Shown: positions 19,633 to 29,784 of the stretch, piece after piece
How positions within the stretch are numbered: position 1 is the stretch's first letter
Layout: each line of letters starts with the position of its first letter
Assembly: GCA_965205595.1 (NCBI GenBank)
Contig: CBDBHI010000020.1
Span: forward strand, 82,056 to 146,055
DNA length: 64,000 bases
Source of the DNA: Bryobacterales bacterium
Lineage (GTDB): Bacteria > Acidobacteriota > Terriglobia > Bryobacterales > UBA6623
Direction: 5' to 3'
Notes under the pieces: model-generated
Databases searched by the model: none
What the model was told of the DNA's origin: nothing
What the model saw: only the letters and a program-made list of their open reading frames with translations
Translations under genes and position numbers: made by a program

Positions 19633-20690
19633 GAACACCAGGACACGGGCCCCGGCTTCGGACGGCAAGAAATGGGGCCAGATAATTTCCCCCGTCGGCC
19701 ATCCCGGCGACCCCTCGGGCTCCTCCGGCGAGATCAGCAGCTTGGGAGTCCCCCGCGGACGGGAACTTCGTAGAGCACCCATGGGGGGCCGAAGCTGAAG
19801 ACGATCACCTCACCGTCCGGGCTCCAGGTTCCCCCCGCAAGTCGGGTCGCTCTCCGCTGCCCGAGCCCTAGACCCCTGCCGGGCAGCTCGCAAACCCGGA
19901 TGGCCAAGCCGCCCTGAACCGAGACCTTCTTGAGTTCCCCACCGGCTGCAAACCCGATGAAATCACTGCCGGGCGACCAGAACGGTTTGCGCGCTCCTTC
20001 GGTACCGTCGATCGCCCGCGGCTGCTGCTGATCGAGATCCTGCACCCACAGCTTTCTCTCCTCGGCTCCGGCGATGAAGGCGATGTGCTTGCCGTTGGGT
20101 GAGATAGCGACAAGGGCTTGGACAAAGGAGGGGGCAGCCGCGACAGCTTCCGGCGGCGTAAAGGCAAATCGGCGCAAGGGCGCTTCGGGCGGCGTCTGGC
20201 GGAAATGGACGAACGAGACGGCCAGCAAAGCAATAGCGGTGACAGCGAGTAGGGCCTGCTGGACTCGTAGTTTTCGCCTCAGCGCTGAGTAATCGGCAGC
20301 CTTCCCGCCCACTCGTGGGGCCGCAGCGTCGACCGCTGACCTTTCTTGGAATATCCCCTCAACGGGCGCAATGAACCGGTACCCCCGCCGGTGCAAGGTC
20401 TGCACGAAGCGCGGATTCTCGGCTGAGTCACCCAGGGCCTCGCGGAGCTTGTTGACCGTGGTGTTGAGGCTCTTGTCGAAATCGACGTAGGTATCCGCCG
20501 ACCAGAGCTTCTCGCGCAGCTCGTCCCTTGTGACCACCTCACCCGGTTGCTTCAGGAGCAAAGCCAAGACCCGAAACGGCTGCTCCTGGAGCCGGACTTT
20601 CAGGCCGTCCTTGCGCAGCTCGCCCGCCCGGAGATCCGCCTCGAAGACGCCGAAACGAACAACCTCCGGAGATTGTTTAGAGCTTGCCAT
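19633..20690 (-). pseudogene. wHTH (OmpR-type DNA-binding) + TM + PD40 beta-propeller protein, frameshifted and truncated
   Basis: Same N-terminus as the 20800 gene; 5-G run at about 19750 needs 6 G to continue into TPKLLISPEE; cut by the IS at 19632. Confidence 0.85.
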
Positions 20691-20799
20691 CTGAGGTGTT
20701 TCGACCTTCCCGTGCTCTTTAATTCAACCGTGCCTCACTGAAGCCGTGGGCTATCCTATTTCGTCCCTCACCGGCGCTGGGTCGGCTGCGCCTAATCTC

Positions 20800-22977
20800 C
20801 TATCTTCCCCCTTTGTCGTTGCGGAACTCTTCGTACCAGTTCTCGACAACCCGGATCGTTGGCGGATCGGGTTCTTTGATCGTTTCGACGACCACGAATC
20901 GCTGCCCATCGGCGGACACATCGAAACCTTGGCGAAGACCTGTGTCCTCAAAGAGCGGCTTCTCACCACGCGTTGAAAAGACCGGACTGCGAGTCACCGC
21001 CACCGCCATCAGGGTACTGTCCTTCAGGTAGAAGAGTTCATTGCCGTCGCCGCGCCAACGGGGTCGACGCCCGCCCTCGGTTGACACCTGCCATTTGCCG
21101 GCGCCCTCGGGAAACGACTGAACCCACACCTCATATCTCCCGGACGCATTCGACTCGTAGGCGAGGAAGCGGGCGTCCGGCGAGAGCGCGGCTTGTTGTT
21201 CATCCGCGGGAGTCTCCAAGAATGGAAATGCTTCATATTCGGCCTTGCCCTCTTCGCGTTGTAGATACCAAATGTCGCTCCGGGTCCCAGTCGCTGCTCT
21301 GTGGAAGACCAGGTATTCCCCATCCGAGGACCATCCGTACCCATACTCCGGCGGCTGCCGCTGCTGCTCATCCAGCAGTTGTTTCGCTTCCCCAGCGCCG
21401 TCCGCCGCTTTGATCAAAATAGACCGGCGACCCTTGCGCCAGGACACGAAGGTAATCATGTCTCCATGGGGTGACCAAATGGGTTGGCCGTCCGCCGCGG
21501 GATCGAACGTCAGTTGAGTCTTGAGACCGCTGCCGATATCATGAAGCCAGACATCCACGTTGTCGTTCTCCCAGGCGGTCACAGCTACGCGCCCACCATC
21601 CGGAGATAGCGCGAGTCTTGAAATCTCCGCCTGCGGTTGTCCGATCACCCCAAGCTTTCGGCCACTCCGGTCTCGCCAAGTCAACTGCTGTAAGCCTGTC
21701 CCGCTGGCGTCCAGGTAAACCAGGGTTCCGTCGTCCGCAACGCTAGGAGATGAGCCCGTTTCGTTGATTGGAAAGGGCTCACCGGTAGCCCTCAACGTCT
21801 TAGGGGAAAACGGTAGAGCCCAAAGGGCCACAACGTCCTGCGCCTGTTCGTAGACGATGTGCCCAGTCGGGGAATAGAAAGGCCGTCTTCCGCTCGCCAA
21901 CACTTCGCGGCGGCCCGTCTCTAGGTTTTGCACCTGGATCTGGGGTGGCGGACTCGTGCCAAAGACTAGGCTACGGCTGCTTTCTTCGTGCGGCAGCAAA
22001 TGAGGGAATGACGGGCCAAACGGGCCGCTTACCGACAGTGTCAAGACGCGCTTTTGGCTTCCACCCTGGGCGCCGACCTCGTACAGCACTCGCTGAATGC
22101 GGTTGTGAATAAAGATGGAAGAACCATCGGGACTCCAGACGCTTGCTACACTGCTGCCGTGGCGGTCGAGCAGCTTGATGGCTGGGCCGCCATGGACAGC
22201 AACTTTTCTCAACTCGTCCCCCACAAAGAAGGCGATAGACTCACTGTCCGGCGACCAAGATGGCCGGCCGCGAATGCCGTCGGCCCCTTCGATTTCGCGG
22301 GGCTCGTTCCGGTCGAGATCCTGAACCCAAAGTTTTCCCGCCGCGAGATAAGCGATGTGCCGCCCGTTGGGTGAGATGACCGGTTCCGACACATCAGTTC
22401 CCGGCGTAAAGGAGAATCGCCGCAGGGGCGCTTCGATAGCGGGCTCGGTGGAGTGAAGCGCCTGCCAAGCGACGATCCCGACAACCGCTCCCAGCAGCGA
22501 CCCCACCGCTAGTAGCGTGATTTGGTGGAAGCGCTGCGAACGCCCAATATGACTTTCGGCCGCAGGTTTGGTTCCCGGTGCGCCTGCCCCCTCCGGGCGA
22601 AGTGCTGCCCGCTGATCGACCGCTGACCTTTCTCGCACTAACTCCTCGACCGGCGCAATAAACCGGTACCCGCGCCGGTGCAACGTCTGCACGAAGCGCG
22701 GATTCTCCGCCGAGTCGCTCAGTGCTTCTCGCAGTTTGTTGACCGTAGTGTTGAGGCTCTTGTCGAAATCGACGTAGGTGTCGGCGGACCAGAGCTTCTC
22801 GCGTAGCTCCTCGCGTGTGACCACCTCACCCGGTTTCTTGAGTAGCAGCGCCAAGACTCGAAACGGCTGCTCCTGGAGCCGGACTTTCAGGCCGTCCTTG
22901 CGCAGCTCACCCGCTCGGAGTTCCACCTCGAACACTCCGAAGCGGAGCATACCCGCGGATTTGGGGGGCGTTGCCAT
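20800..22977 (-). CDS. wHTH (Trans_reg_C) + TM + TolB-like PD40 beta-propeller protein
   Basis: RFGVFEVELRAGELRKDG..RLQEQPF..FVQTLHRRGYRFIAPV, TM helix, repeated WSPD/ISPNG motifs. Confidence 0.9.
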   Translation of the reverse strand: MATPPKSAGMLRFGVFEVELRAGELRKDGLKVRLQEQPFRVLALLLKKPGEVVTREELREKLWSADTYVDFDKSLNTTVNKLREALSDSAENPRFVQTLHRRGYRFIAPVEELVRERSAVDQRAALRPEGAGAPGTKPAAESHIGRSQRFHQITLLAVGSLLGAVVGIVAWQALHSTEPAIEAPLRRFSFTPGTDVSEPVISPNGRHIAYLAAGKLWVQDLDRNEPREIEGADGIRGRPSWSPDSESIAFFVGDELRKVAVHGGPAIKLLDRHGSSVASVWSPDGSSIFIHNRIQRVLYEVGAQGGSQKRVLTLSVSGPFGPSFPHLLPHEESSRSLVFGTSPPPQIQVQNLETGRREVLASGRRPFYSPTGHIVYEQAQDVVALWALPFSPKTLRATGEPFPINETGSSPSVADDGTLVYLDASGTGLQQLTWRDRSGRKLGVIGQPQAEISRLALSPDGGRVAVTAWENDNVDVWLHDIGSGLKTQLTFDPAADGQPIWSPHGDMITFVSWRKGRRSILIKAADGAGEAKQLLDEQQRQPPEYGYGWSSDGEYLVFHRAATGTRSDIWYLQREEGKAEYEAFPFLETPADEQQAALSPDARFLAYESNASGRYEVWVQSFPEGAGKWQVSTEGGRRPRWRGDGNELFYLKDSTLMAVAVTRSPVFSTRGEKPLFEDTGLRQGFDVSADGQRFVVVETIKEPDPPTIRVVENWYEEFRNDKGGR

Positions 22978-23229
22978 GGAAGTAAACGGGATCACCCCGT
23001 CTCCCAATCATAACTTTCCGTAATCTGTGCGGATTATATCACCCGGCTCGGCTCCTTCCAACCCCGGCCGCGCAGATGACTGAACTCCGCAAGTCACTCA
23101 ATCAAACGGAGATAAATCGAAATTCTTAGATGACAAAACTGCGCTCAAAGATGAGCCGCAGATGGATTGAACGGTTTGCTCACCTGACGAAAACTTGGCC
23201 TCACCACGCAACCGGCGGAGGGGATGGCC

Positions 23230-23934
23230 ATGAAAAAGTACTTCACACAATGCACCGTTTGGAGTTTTTCTCTGTTTCTCGCAGCCCCGGGTTTCAGCTG
23301 GGCGGCAACGCACGAGCGGGCCGGAAGAAGCCTGCAAATGACTGTGCGGGTCTACAACTATGTCGCTGGTTCCGAGCCGCGGCTGGCACGGGCTCAGGGA
23401 CACGCGGCAACGCTGTTCGCGAAAGCGGGCCTGGAGGCGAGCTGGTTGGATTGTCGGCTCTCGTCGGCCGACCCAATCAAGGACGCGGCCTGCGAGGATC
23501 CCCTGCGGCCTACCGAGGTGGTGCTGCGAATCATTCCTACGAAGATGGCCGCCCGCTTGGGCCTCAAGCACTCCATCTGCGGCTTTGCCCTGCCCGCCAA
23601 GAACCTAGGCTTCGGCATTGCCACGATCTTCTATCAGCGGGTAGACGAGTTGGTCTCGCAGCGGAGTTTCCCGGTCGATGGCGACAACACCCGAGCGCTG
23701 GTCCTAGGGCTCATCATCGCTCATGAGATCGGGCACCTGTTACTGGGTAAAGGGAGTCATACTTCGCGCGGCCTGATGAGCTTTCTGTGGAATCAGAAGG
23801 AGCTTAGAGACGCCGCCTCGGGTGGGCTAGTTTTCACTCGAGGGCAGAGGCGACGGATTCAAGAAGCCTTCCTCCGGCGAACAGTTTCACCCCAAGAGTT
23901 TCGCCAAGGGTTGTCGCCCCGCGCTTCTCGCTGA
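23230..23934 (+). CDS. Hypothetical secreted protein with HEXXH motif
   Basis: Signal peptide, VRVYNY, IAHEIGHLLLG..HT..GLM. Confidence 0.7.
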   Translation: MKKYFTQCTVWSFSLFLAAPGFSWAATHERAGRSLQMTVRVYNYVAGSEPRLARAQGHAATLFAKAGLEASWLDCRLSSADPIKDAACEDPLRPTEVVLRIIPTKMAARLGLKHSICGFALPAKNLGFGIATIFYQRVDELVSQRSFPVDGDNTRALVLGLIIAHEIGHLLLGKGSHTSRGLMSFLWNQKELRDAASGGLVFTRGQRRRIQEAFLRRTVSPQEFRQGLSPRASR

Positions 23935-24003
23935 TCTTGTCGTGGCCGACCGTTTGGCCGACCAAGACGGGTCAATTCCACAGTCTCACGAATACCTGTC
24001 GGT

Positions 24004-24026
24004 AACAAACGATGTCACAAACGATG
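24004..24026 (+). repeat. 19-bp direct repeat, right copy, with an extra acaaacgatg unit
   Basis: aacaaacgatgtcacaaacgatg. Confidence 0.7.
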
Positions 24027-24318
24027 CTGCGAGGGCCTGCCAAATCCCCCGCGAAATGCCTCGAACGCCTTATTTATAGGGCTTTAAGCGATTTTTGGGG
24101 GCTGTCAGGTGGGTGTGAAAACAATTTTTAGTGTCTATGAAAATTCGCTCCCGATGACCGCGTTCGGGCGATCGCGAGACATTTCGCATGACATCGCGAT
24201 ATCGGATGGCCATAACATCGAGCCGTGCCGACCGCCACCAGGTGAAGCCACGCGTGCTGAGCTTCGGTGATTCGTTGCGGCTGTCAGACGGTATCATTGG
24301 GCTATCGGTAACGGACTC

Positions 24319-24357
24319 TCAGTGACGGCTATCAGTGACAGGCTATCAGTGACAGGC
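24319..24357 (+). repeat. Short tandem repeat, about 3 x tcagtgac(a)ggcta
   Basis: tcagtgacggcta / tcagtgacaggcta / tcagtgacaggc. Confidence 0.7.
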
Positions 24358-25174
24358 ACGGAATTCGAAATATTCCGAGAAAGCGACCCTGCAGCCATCG
24401 ACATCATCCGAAATACATACCTTTGCGACCCGCCGGTGTGATATTCGGTTTTCTGCTTGCATCCCTCGAGTGTTTAAGTCTTCGTGAGTATTTTCGCGTC
24501 GGGGATCCGGGAGATCCAGGTTCGAGCGATCCGCGACAAAGCCTTTATGAATCAGCAGCTTCCAGCAATCTCAATGTTCAAAAGACAAGACAATTGCGTC
24601 TCACAACGGCCAGGACCGAACCCGCCCAAACGCCCGTCCCGCGATTTTGAAATTTCTTTTGTCTTTAAAATCAGCAACCTAGCGATACGGTCGGCCGAAA
24701 ACCGGACACACGGGCCTTACACTGTATGTGGAGGATACCGACAGCGCTGCAAGGAGGCTCGGAAATTTACAGAAAACCCTGCCAAATCCGGCCACAGGGC
24801 GCCGTTCATGATGCCGCCCGGGGACCGAATTGGATGAGCACGCGAGGGGTTCGATGTTCTGTATTATGGAGTTTGACGAAATACAGAACGTATGTATGAC
24901 AGATCTCGCCCGCCAGCGATTTTTTAGAGAAACCCTGCCAAATCTGGCCAAATCCGGGCATTTCGATTCGAGCAGGAGTTGTAGGCGATCCGTCTCGGGG
25001 GACAAGAATCGCACTTTTCGGTATGCGCGCAGAGCCCCCGGTACCATCAGAAAGGCGGACTAGCGGGAGAATGTCGTTGTGTAGACCATCAATTCCCAGG
25101 GTTGCACCCGGGACCAAATTTCATGGCGCCCCATCCGATTCTCGAAAAATCGCCAAATCGGACAGCTAATCACC

Positions 25175-26689
25175 ATGGGATTGCCACGGTTCGCGATTCG
25201 GCGGGCACTGATCTACACGCACCGTTGGCTCGGAATAGCGGGCTCGGTCTTATTTCTTGTATGGTTCGTTTCCGGCATGGTGATGATGTATCACCGCATG
25301 CCCACGCTTGATCCCCATGAACGTTATTCTCGGCTCACCGATCTTGACCTCTTAACTCTCACGGTTTCGCCGGCCGAAGCCGCCGCCGCTGTTGGCTTTC
25401 GCCCCGAACGGTTACGGATTGCGATGTTTGCGTCCCGGCCAGTCTATCGGCTGGTTAGCGAATCAGAGTGGCATACGGTTTTTGCCGACGACGGCAGCTT
25501 GCTTAGGCCGCTCGATGATGTCGCTGCAACCGGCGTTGTCAAACGATTTGTGCCGGAACACCAGTCGACGGTCCGGCACGACGCTCGCTTGACCGAGCCC
25601 GACCAGTGGACTTTCTCAAACCGCCGCCAATTTCCGCTTCATCGAGTCGCACTCGACGACGCCGAGGAAAGCTTTCTGTATGTTTCCGAGCGAACCGGCG
25701 AAGTCGTCATGCGAACCACGGCCTACGGCAGGCGCTGGGCATATATGGGAGCCGTGCTGCATTGGCTCTATTTCACACCGTTTCGCAGCCACAGCGCCAT
25801 TTGGATCGATTCTGTAATTTGGCTCTCGATTGCCGGTTGCGTGCTGACTCTGTCGGGAATCATCTGGGGGCTCTGGCGGTTCTCCAGGCAAGCGCGATAT
25901 CGAGTGAAGGGCGAGACTTTTCGTTCCCCTTACGTCGGGCTGATGCGCTGGCACCACTATGCCGGCTTGTTCTTTGGACTGACCACTTTCACCTGGGTGC
26001 TGAGTGGCTGCCTATCACTCGACCCCTGGGAGTGGCATCCAAGCACCGTGCCGACCCACCGACAGCGCACTGCCTTTTCGGGAGGGCCATTGCGGATCGA
26101 CCTGATAACGCCAGAGCGAATACGCGCGGCCCTCGAAGCGATGCAAACATCGTCTGCTCCCAAGGAACTTGAAGTCACGCAGTTCCAGAATGCGCCGTAC
26201 TTGGTCGCCGGTCGGCCCTCGTGCACAGCTGGCGAGCAACTAGTCGTCAAATTGACCGAAACCAGCGATGGGACGGTGGAGCTATTTCCGTCCAGCGAAC
26301 TGTTGGCCGCCGCCCGTTCGGCGATGCCTGACAACTCCGTAGCGTCGTCCGACTGGCTCCAAGACTATGACGACTACTACTACAGCCGAGACGGCTCAAG
26401 ACCTCTGCCAGTGCTGCGGGTTAAATATGATGACCCGCAGGAGACTTGGCTCTACATCGACGCCGGACGGGCCGAGATTATACGAAAAGAAGAGCGATTG
26501 ACTCGGCTCAATCGCTGGTTGTACCACGGTCTACACAATCTGGACTTCCGATTTCTCTACTACCGCCGACCGCTTTGGGACATCGTCGTGATCCTGCTCA
26601 GCCTTGGCGGCATTTTCTTGAGCATCAGTTCAGCAGTTCAGGGCTGGCAGCGGCTGCGGCGGCACGCGCGGCGGTTGAGCGGCTCTTGA
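25175..26689 (+). CDS. PepSY-associated TM-helix domain protein
   Basis: HRWLGIAG..FLVWFVSGMVMMY, GAVLHWLYFT, RWHHYAGLFFG, RLNRWLYHGLHNLDF. Confidence 0.9.
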   Translation: MGLPRFAIRRALIYTHRWLGIAGSVLFLVWFVSGMVMMYHRMPTLDPHERYSRLTDLDLLTLTVSPAEAAAAVGFRPERLRIAMFASRPVYRLVSESEWHTVFADDGSLLRPLDDVAATGVVKRFVPEHQSTVRHDARLTEPDQWTFSNRRQFPLHRVALDDAEESFLYVSERTGEVVMRTTAYGRRWAYMGAVLHWLYFTPFRSHSAIWIDSVIWLSIAGCVLTLSGIIWGLWRFSRQARYRVKGETFRSPYVGLMRWHHYAGLFFGLTTFTWVLSGCLSLDPWEWHPSTVPTHRQRTAFSGGPLRIDLITPERIRAALEAMQTSSAPKELEVTQFQNAPYLVAGRPSCTAGEQLVVKLTETSDGTVELFPSSELLAAARSAMPDNSVASSDWLQDYDDYYYSRDGSRPLPVLRVKYDDPQETWLYIDAGRAEIIRKEERLTRLNRWLYHGLHNLDFRFLYYRRPLWDIVVILLSLGGIFLSISSAVQGWQRLRRHARRLSGS

Positions 26690-26698
26690 TTGAGCCTT

Positions 26699-27601
26699 TT
26701 ATCGATCGTCCCGCGCCAGAGATTTTCTAAGATTGTCGCCAAACTCAGCGAGACGCTTTTCGGCTGTTGCGCGGTCTAACTGTAGCTTTTTCATCAAGAT
26801 GGCCAGTCTGACCTGTCCGCCGGATGCTTCAATCGCCTCGGCCGCCTCGGCCCCGCTACAGCCGGTCGTAGCCTCGACAATCCGCCTAGCGCGGCCGGCC
26901 AATTTGGCGTTCTTGATCTGCAGGTTCACCATTAAGTTGCCCAAAACATAGCCCATGCGAATCATCAATCCGGTTGAAAGCATGTTCAGGACAAGCTTCT
27001 GCGCCGTCCCGCTCTTCATCCGCGTCGAGCCCGTTACGACTTCGGGTCCGACAGCCGGCGTTATCGGAAACTCAACGTGCCGCTCGAGCGGAGAACCCGG
27101 ATTGCAGCTCAGGCCAACCGTCAGAGCACCCAACTGGTTGGCGAACTTCACGGCCCCTAATACGTATGGCGTAGTGCCACTGGCAGCAATTCCGACCAGC
27201 GAATCGTTGACCGAGAAATCTCTGGCCTCAAGGTCTCGCACACCATCCTCTGGATTGTCTTCGGCTCCTTCGATCGAGCGGACAAGCGCCTCGGCGCCAC
27301 CCGCAATCACGCCCTGCACGCGGTCAGCGGCAACACCGTAAGTTGGAGGACACTCTGATGCATCCAGCACGCCTAGCCGGCCGCTGGTGCCGGCACCGAT
27401 ATAGAACAGACGGCCTCCGCGCTCAAATCGCTCAACGATGGCGTCAAGTGCGACGGAGATTCGGGGTATCTCAGCCTCGATAGCCTTTGCCACCGAGGAG
27501 TCTTCACGGTTAATTATTCGCAGCAGATCTTGCGTCGATGCCTGGTCAATCGATGCCGAGGCCGGATTTCTCTGCTCGGTTATCCGTGGTTGAGTGTCCA
27601 T
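26699..27601 (-). CDS. murQ: N-acetylmuramic acid 6-phosphate etherase
   Basis: TEQRNP, GAGTSGRLGVLDASECPPTYG, EGAED, GPEVVTGSTRMKSGTAQKLVLNMLST. Confidence 0.97.
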   Translation of the reverse strand: MDTQPRITEQRNPASASIDQASTQDLLRIINREDSSVAKAIEAEIPRISVALDAIVERFERGGRLFYIGAGTSGRLGVLDASECPPTYGVAADRVQGVIAGGAEALVRSIEGAEDNPEDGVRDLEARDFSVNDSLVGIAASGTTPYVLGAVKFANQLGALTVGLSCNPGSPLERHVEFPITPAVGPEVVTGSTRMKSGTAQKLVLNMLSTGLMIRMGYVLGNLMVNLQIKNAKLAGRARRIVEATTGCSGAEAAEAIEASGGQVRLAILMKKLQLDRATAEKRLAEFGDNLRKSLARDDR

Positions 27602-27867
27602 ATTCGAGTCATAGGTATCATGGCAATTATTCGGGGAACTCGTCGCGACACGACTGCGCCGCGGCTCGAATTTCGTCAATCGGCACGATCGATCCTTGCC
27701 CGATCCCGGGGCAGTATTGCGCAGTTCTCTTCCAATTCCGTTTGCGGTCGACGAGTTCCGGCCAGTAGGGAAAAGTCCGGCACTGAAGCGGCTTAGCGGC
27801 GTGGATGGCGCAGCCATCGCCATCCAGAAAATGGCAGTCATGGTCTGCTGGTTTCGACAACCGCAGC

Positions 27868-29315
27868 GAGCTAGTCCCAGTCGTAGTTGAGGGTTGAGGA
27901 GCGGCGGTGTAGAGGGGCATTGTACTAGGCGACTTTCGGTTCGGCGGAGTCGGTTGGATTGAGGACGGCTTCGAGCATCCAGAGATCCTTATAGCCCATG
28001 ATCTTGCGGAAGTTTTTCTCGGTATCCAGGAATGCCGCCGCCGCCCAACGGCGCACCATCGAAGCATCCTTCCAGCGCGTCACGCGACGTGTCCTCCGCC
28101 GCACGCCGGCGTTCGGACTCTCGACGATGTTGGTCGTCGCCAGACAACGATGCAACGACGGCGGCAATCCCAGGCGATTGATCGTGAAACACTCCTCGAG
28201 ACCCTCGCGCAAACTCGCCGCCGCCTCGGGCCAGTCGCCCGCGTACCATTCGGCCAGCTTCTTGAGCCGCGCTTGACCGTCCTTGGCTTCGAGCCGCCAG
28301 GCCGCGCGGATTGCCGCTTTGGCCTGATCCTGTTCGGCCTTCGGCAGCCTGTCGAGAACGTTGCGCAGCTTGTGGGCGCGACAACGCTGCACCGGGGCGT
28401 CACCAAAGATTTTGTGCACTGCCGCGCGTAAAGCCTTCGATCCATCGAGTACAAAAAGCCTCTTTTTCGCGGGCGAGACTCCACGCTCGACCAAGCCTGT
28501 CAACAGGTCCTCGGCCGCCGCCGCGTTCTCCGTCGCCGCGTGTTGCAAGCCCAGTACGTGCTTGTTCCCTTCCGCGTCCACCCCCACGGCCGCTAAAACC
28601 GTGTGTCCCGAGAAAATCAGGCCGTCCACGTAGATCACCAGCAAGTCCACGTCATCGAAACGGCGCGCGAATAGTTCGTCGATTTTCTTTTCCGCAGCCT
28701 CGATGGTGTCGCGACTTATCGCCGATTTAGACACGCCGACGGTGTCGGCCATTTCGCCGATTACTCCCGCATACTGACGCGTCGAGACGCCTTTCATCAA
28801 GATATCCAGCATGCGCGAGCCTAGCCGCTCGTCGTCTTGCAGGGATTCGTAGGCGGGCACTTTGACCTCGCCGCCGGAGCGTTTGCGCAAGCGCGGCTTG
28901 GCCACCCGCAGCTTGCGATCGCTTAGATTCACGCGGCCCGATTGCCGTCCCCAGCGCAGCACGTCGCCGTCGCGCTTCTTGCCGGGTTGGGCGAGTTCGC
29001 CTCCGGTGACCTGCTGGGCAGAGAGTTCGAGCACGGCTTGGATGGCGGCGCGGCCGGTGACGTCGATGACCTCGTCGACGGCTCCCTGGCATTGTTCGAT
29101 GAGTTCGACGAGGGGCAGCATGAGCTGCGCGTTTTGGCTGAGCAGACGCGTGAGCTCCTCGGGCCTCAGCCGCTGCTGCTTGGCGGAATCAAGAATGTGA
29201 TACGGTTTCTTCACGGCGGTTCTCCTTTGTGGTTAAAGATTTGCTCGATTCTCCCAGAGAACCAAGCTTGAGAACCGCCGGCCCTTTATCCCCCAACTGA
29301 GCTCGGGACAATTTC
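27868..29315 (-). mobile_element. IS256-family element, copy 1, 1448 bp
   Basis: IRs GAAATTGTCCC.../GAGCTAGTCCC...; 8-bp target duplication ACCGCAGC at 27860-27867 and 29316-29323. Confidence 0.95.
27925..29214 (-). CDS. IS256-family (mutator) transposase
   Basis: GVSTRQY, VIYVDG, LVERG, VQRCRAHKLRNV, TTNIVESPN. Confidence 0.95.
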   Translation of the reverse strand: MKKPYHILDSAKQQRLRPEELTRLLSQNAQLMLPLVELIEQCQGAVDEVIDVTGRAAIQAVLELSAQQVTGGELAQPGKKRDGDVLRWGRQSGRVNLSDRKLRVAKPRLRKRSGGEVKVPAYESLQDDERLGSRMLDILMKGVSTRQYAGVIGEMADTVGVSKSAISRDTIEAAEKKIDELFARRFDDVDLLVIYVDGLIFSGHTVLAAVGVDAEGNKHVLGLQHAATENAAAAEDLLTGLVERGVSPAKKRLFVLDGSKALRAAVHKIFGDAPVQRCRAHKLRNVLDRLPKAEQDQAKAAIRAAWRLEAKDGQARLKKLAEWYAGDWPEAAASLREGLEECFTINRLGLPPSLHRCLATTNIVESPNAGVRRRTRRVTRWKDASMVRRWAAAAFLDTEKNFRKIMGYKDLWMLEAVLNPTDSAEPKVA

Positions 29316-29784
29316 ACCGCAGCTCGCCATCGACCCTTTCGCAGTAGCTCTGATTGAACTCTAACTTGCTTATGTTCAGATATTTAGACGCTGTCTCGAT
29401 ATCGTTTGCGGTTACATAAACATAGCCGCTCTTGGTGCAACACTCGGTACAGCCGCTGACGCACTCGAAACGAAAATCGAAGCCCCCTACCTCCACAGGT
29501 TTCGCCATCCTGTTGTTTAGTTTGTGCCAGGCGGCCCCAAAACGGCAACGCCGACTAGGAGTCCGCTAGGGCGCTTGGTCCCAACGGGTGGGACGGAAAC
29601 CTTAGGGGGGCTTAAGTAACGTTTGCCCCTAAACCGCAGTCTTCGATCAATTCCCCATACAGACCCAGTGGCCTATCAATGGAGTGTCGGGCATCATACG
29701 CCCTTCGCGGTAACCGGCTTGTGGGGTTGAGTTAAGGGCAACATTGCCCGAAAGATCCTCAAACCGAATGCCGAGGTATGACAT

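Larger units (their letters stand above)
27627..29508 (-). pseudogene. YkgJ-family cysteine-cluster (CxxxCxxCC) protein split by IS256
   Basis: FECVSGCTECC N-half (29316-29508) and CHFL..CAIHAAKPLQCRTFPYW C-half (27627-27867) rejoin in frame as DGELRLSKPAD. Confidence 0.9.

Noticed and set aside
24070-25311. Short ORFs in the 24-25.3 kb tract
   Set aside because: Mutually overlapping with no domain signal; treated as non-coding
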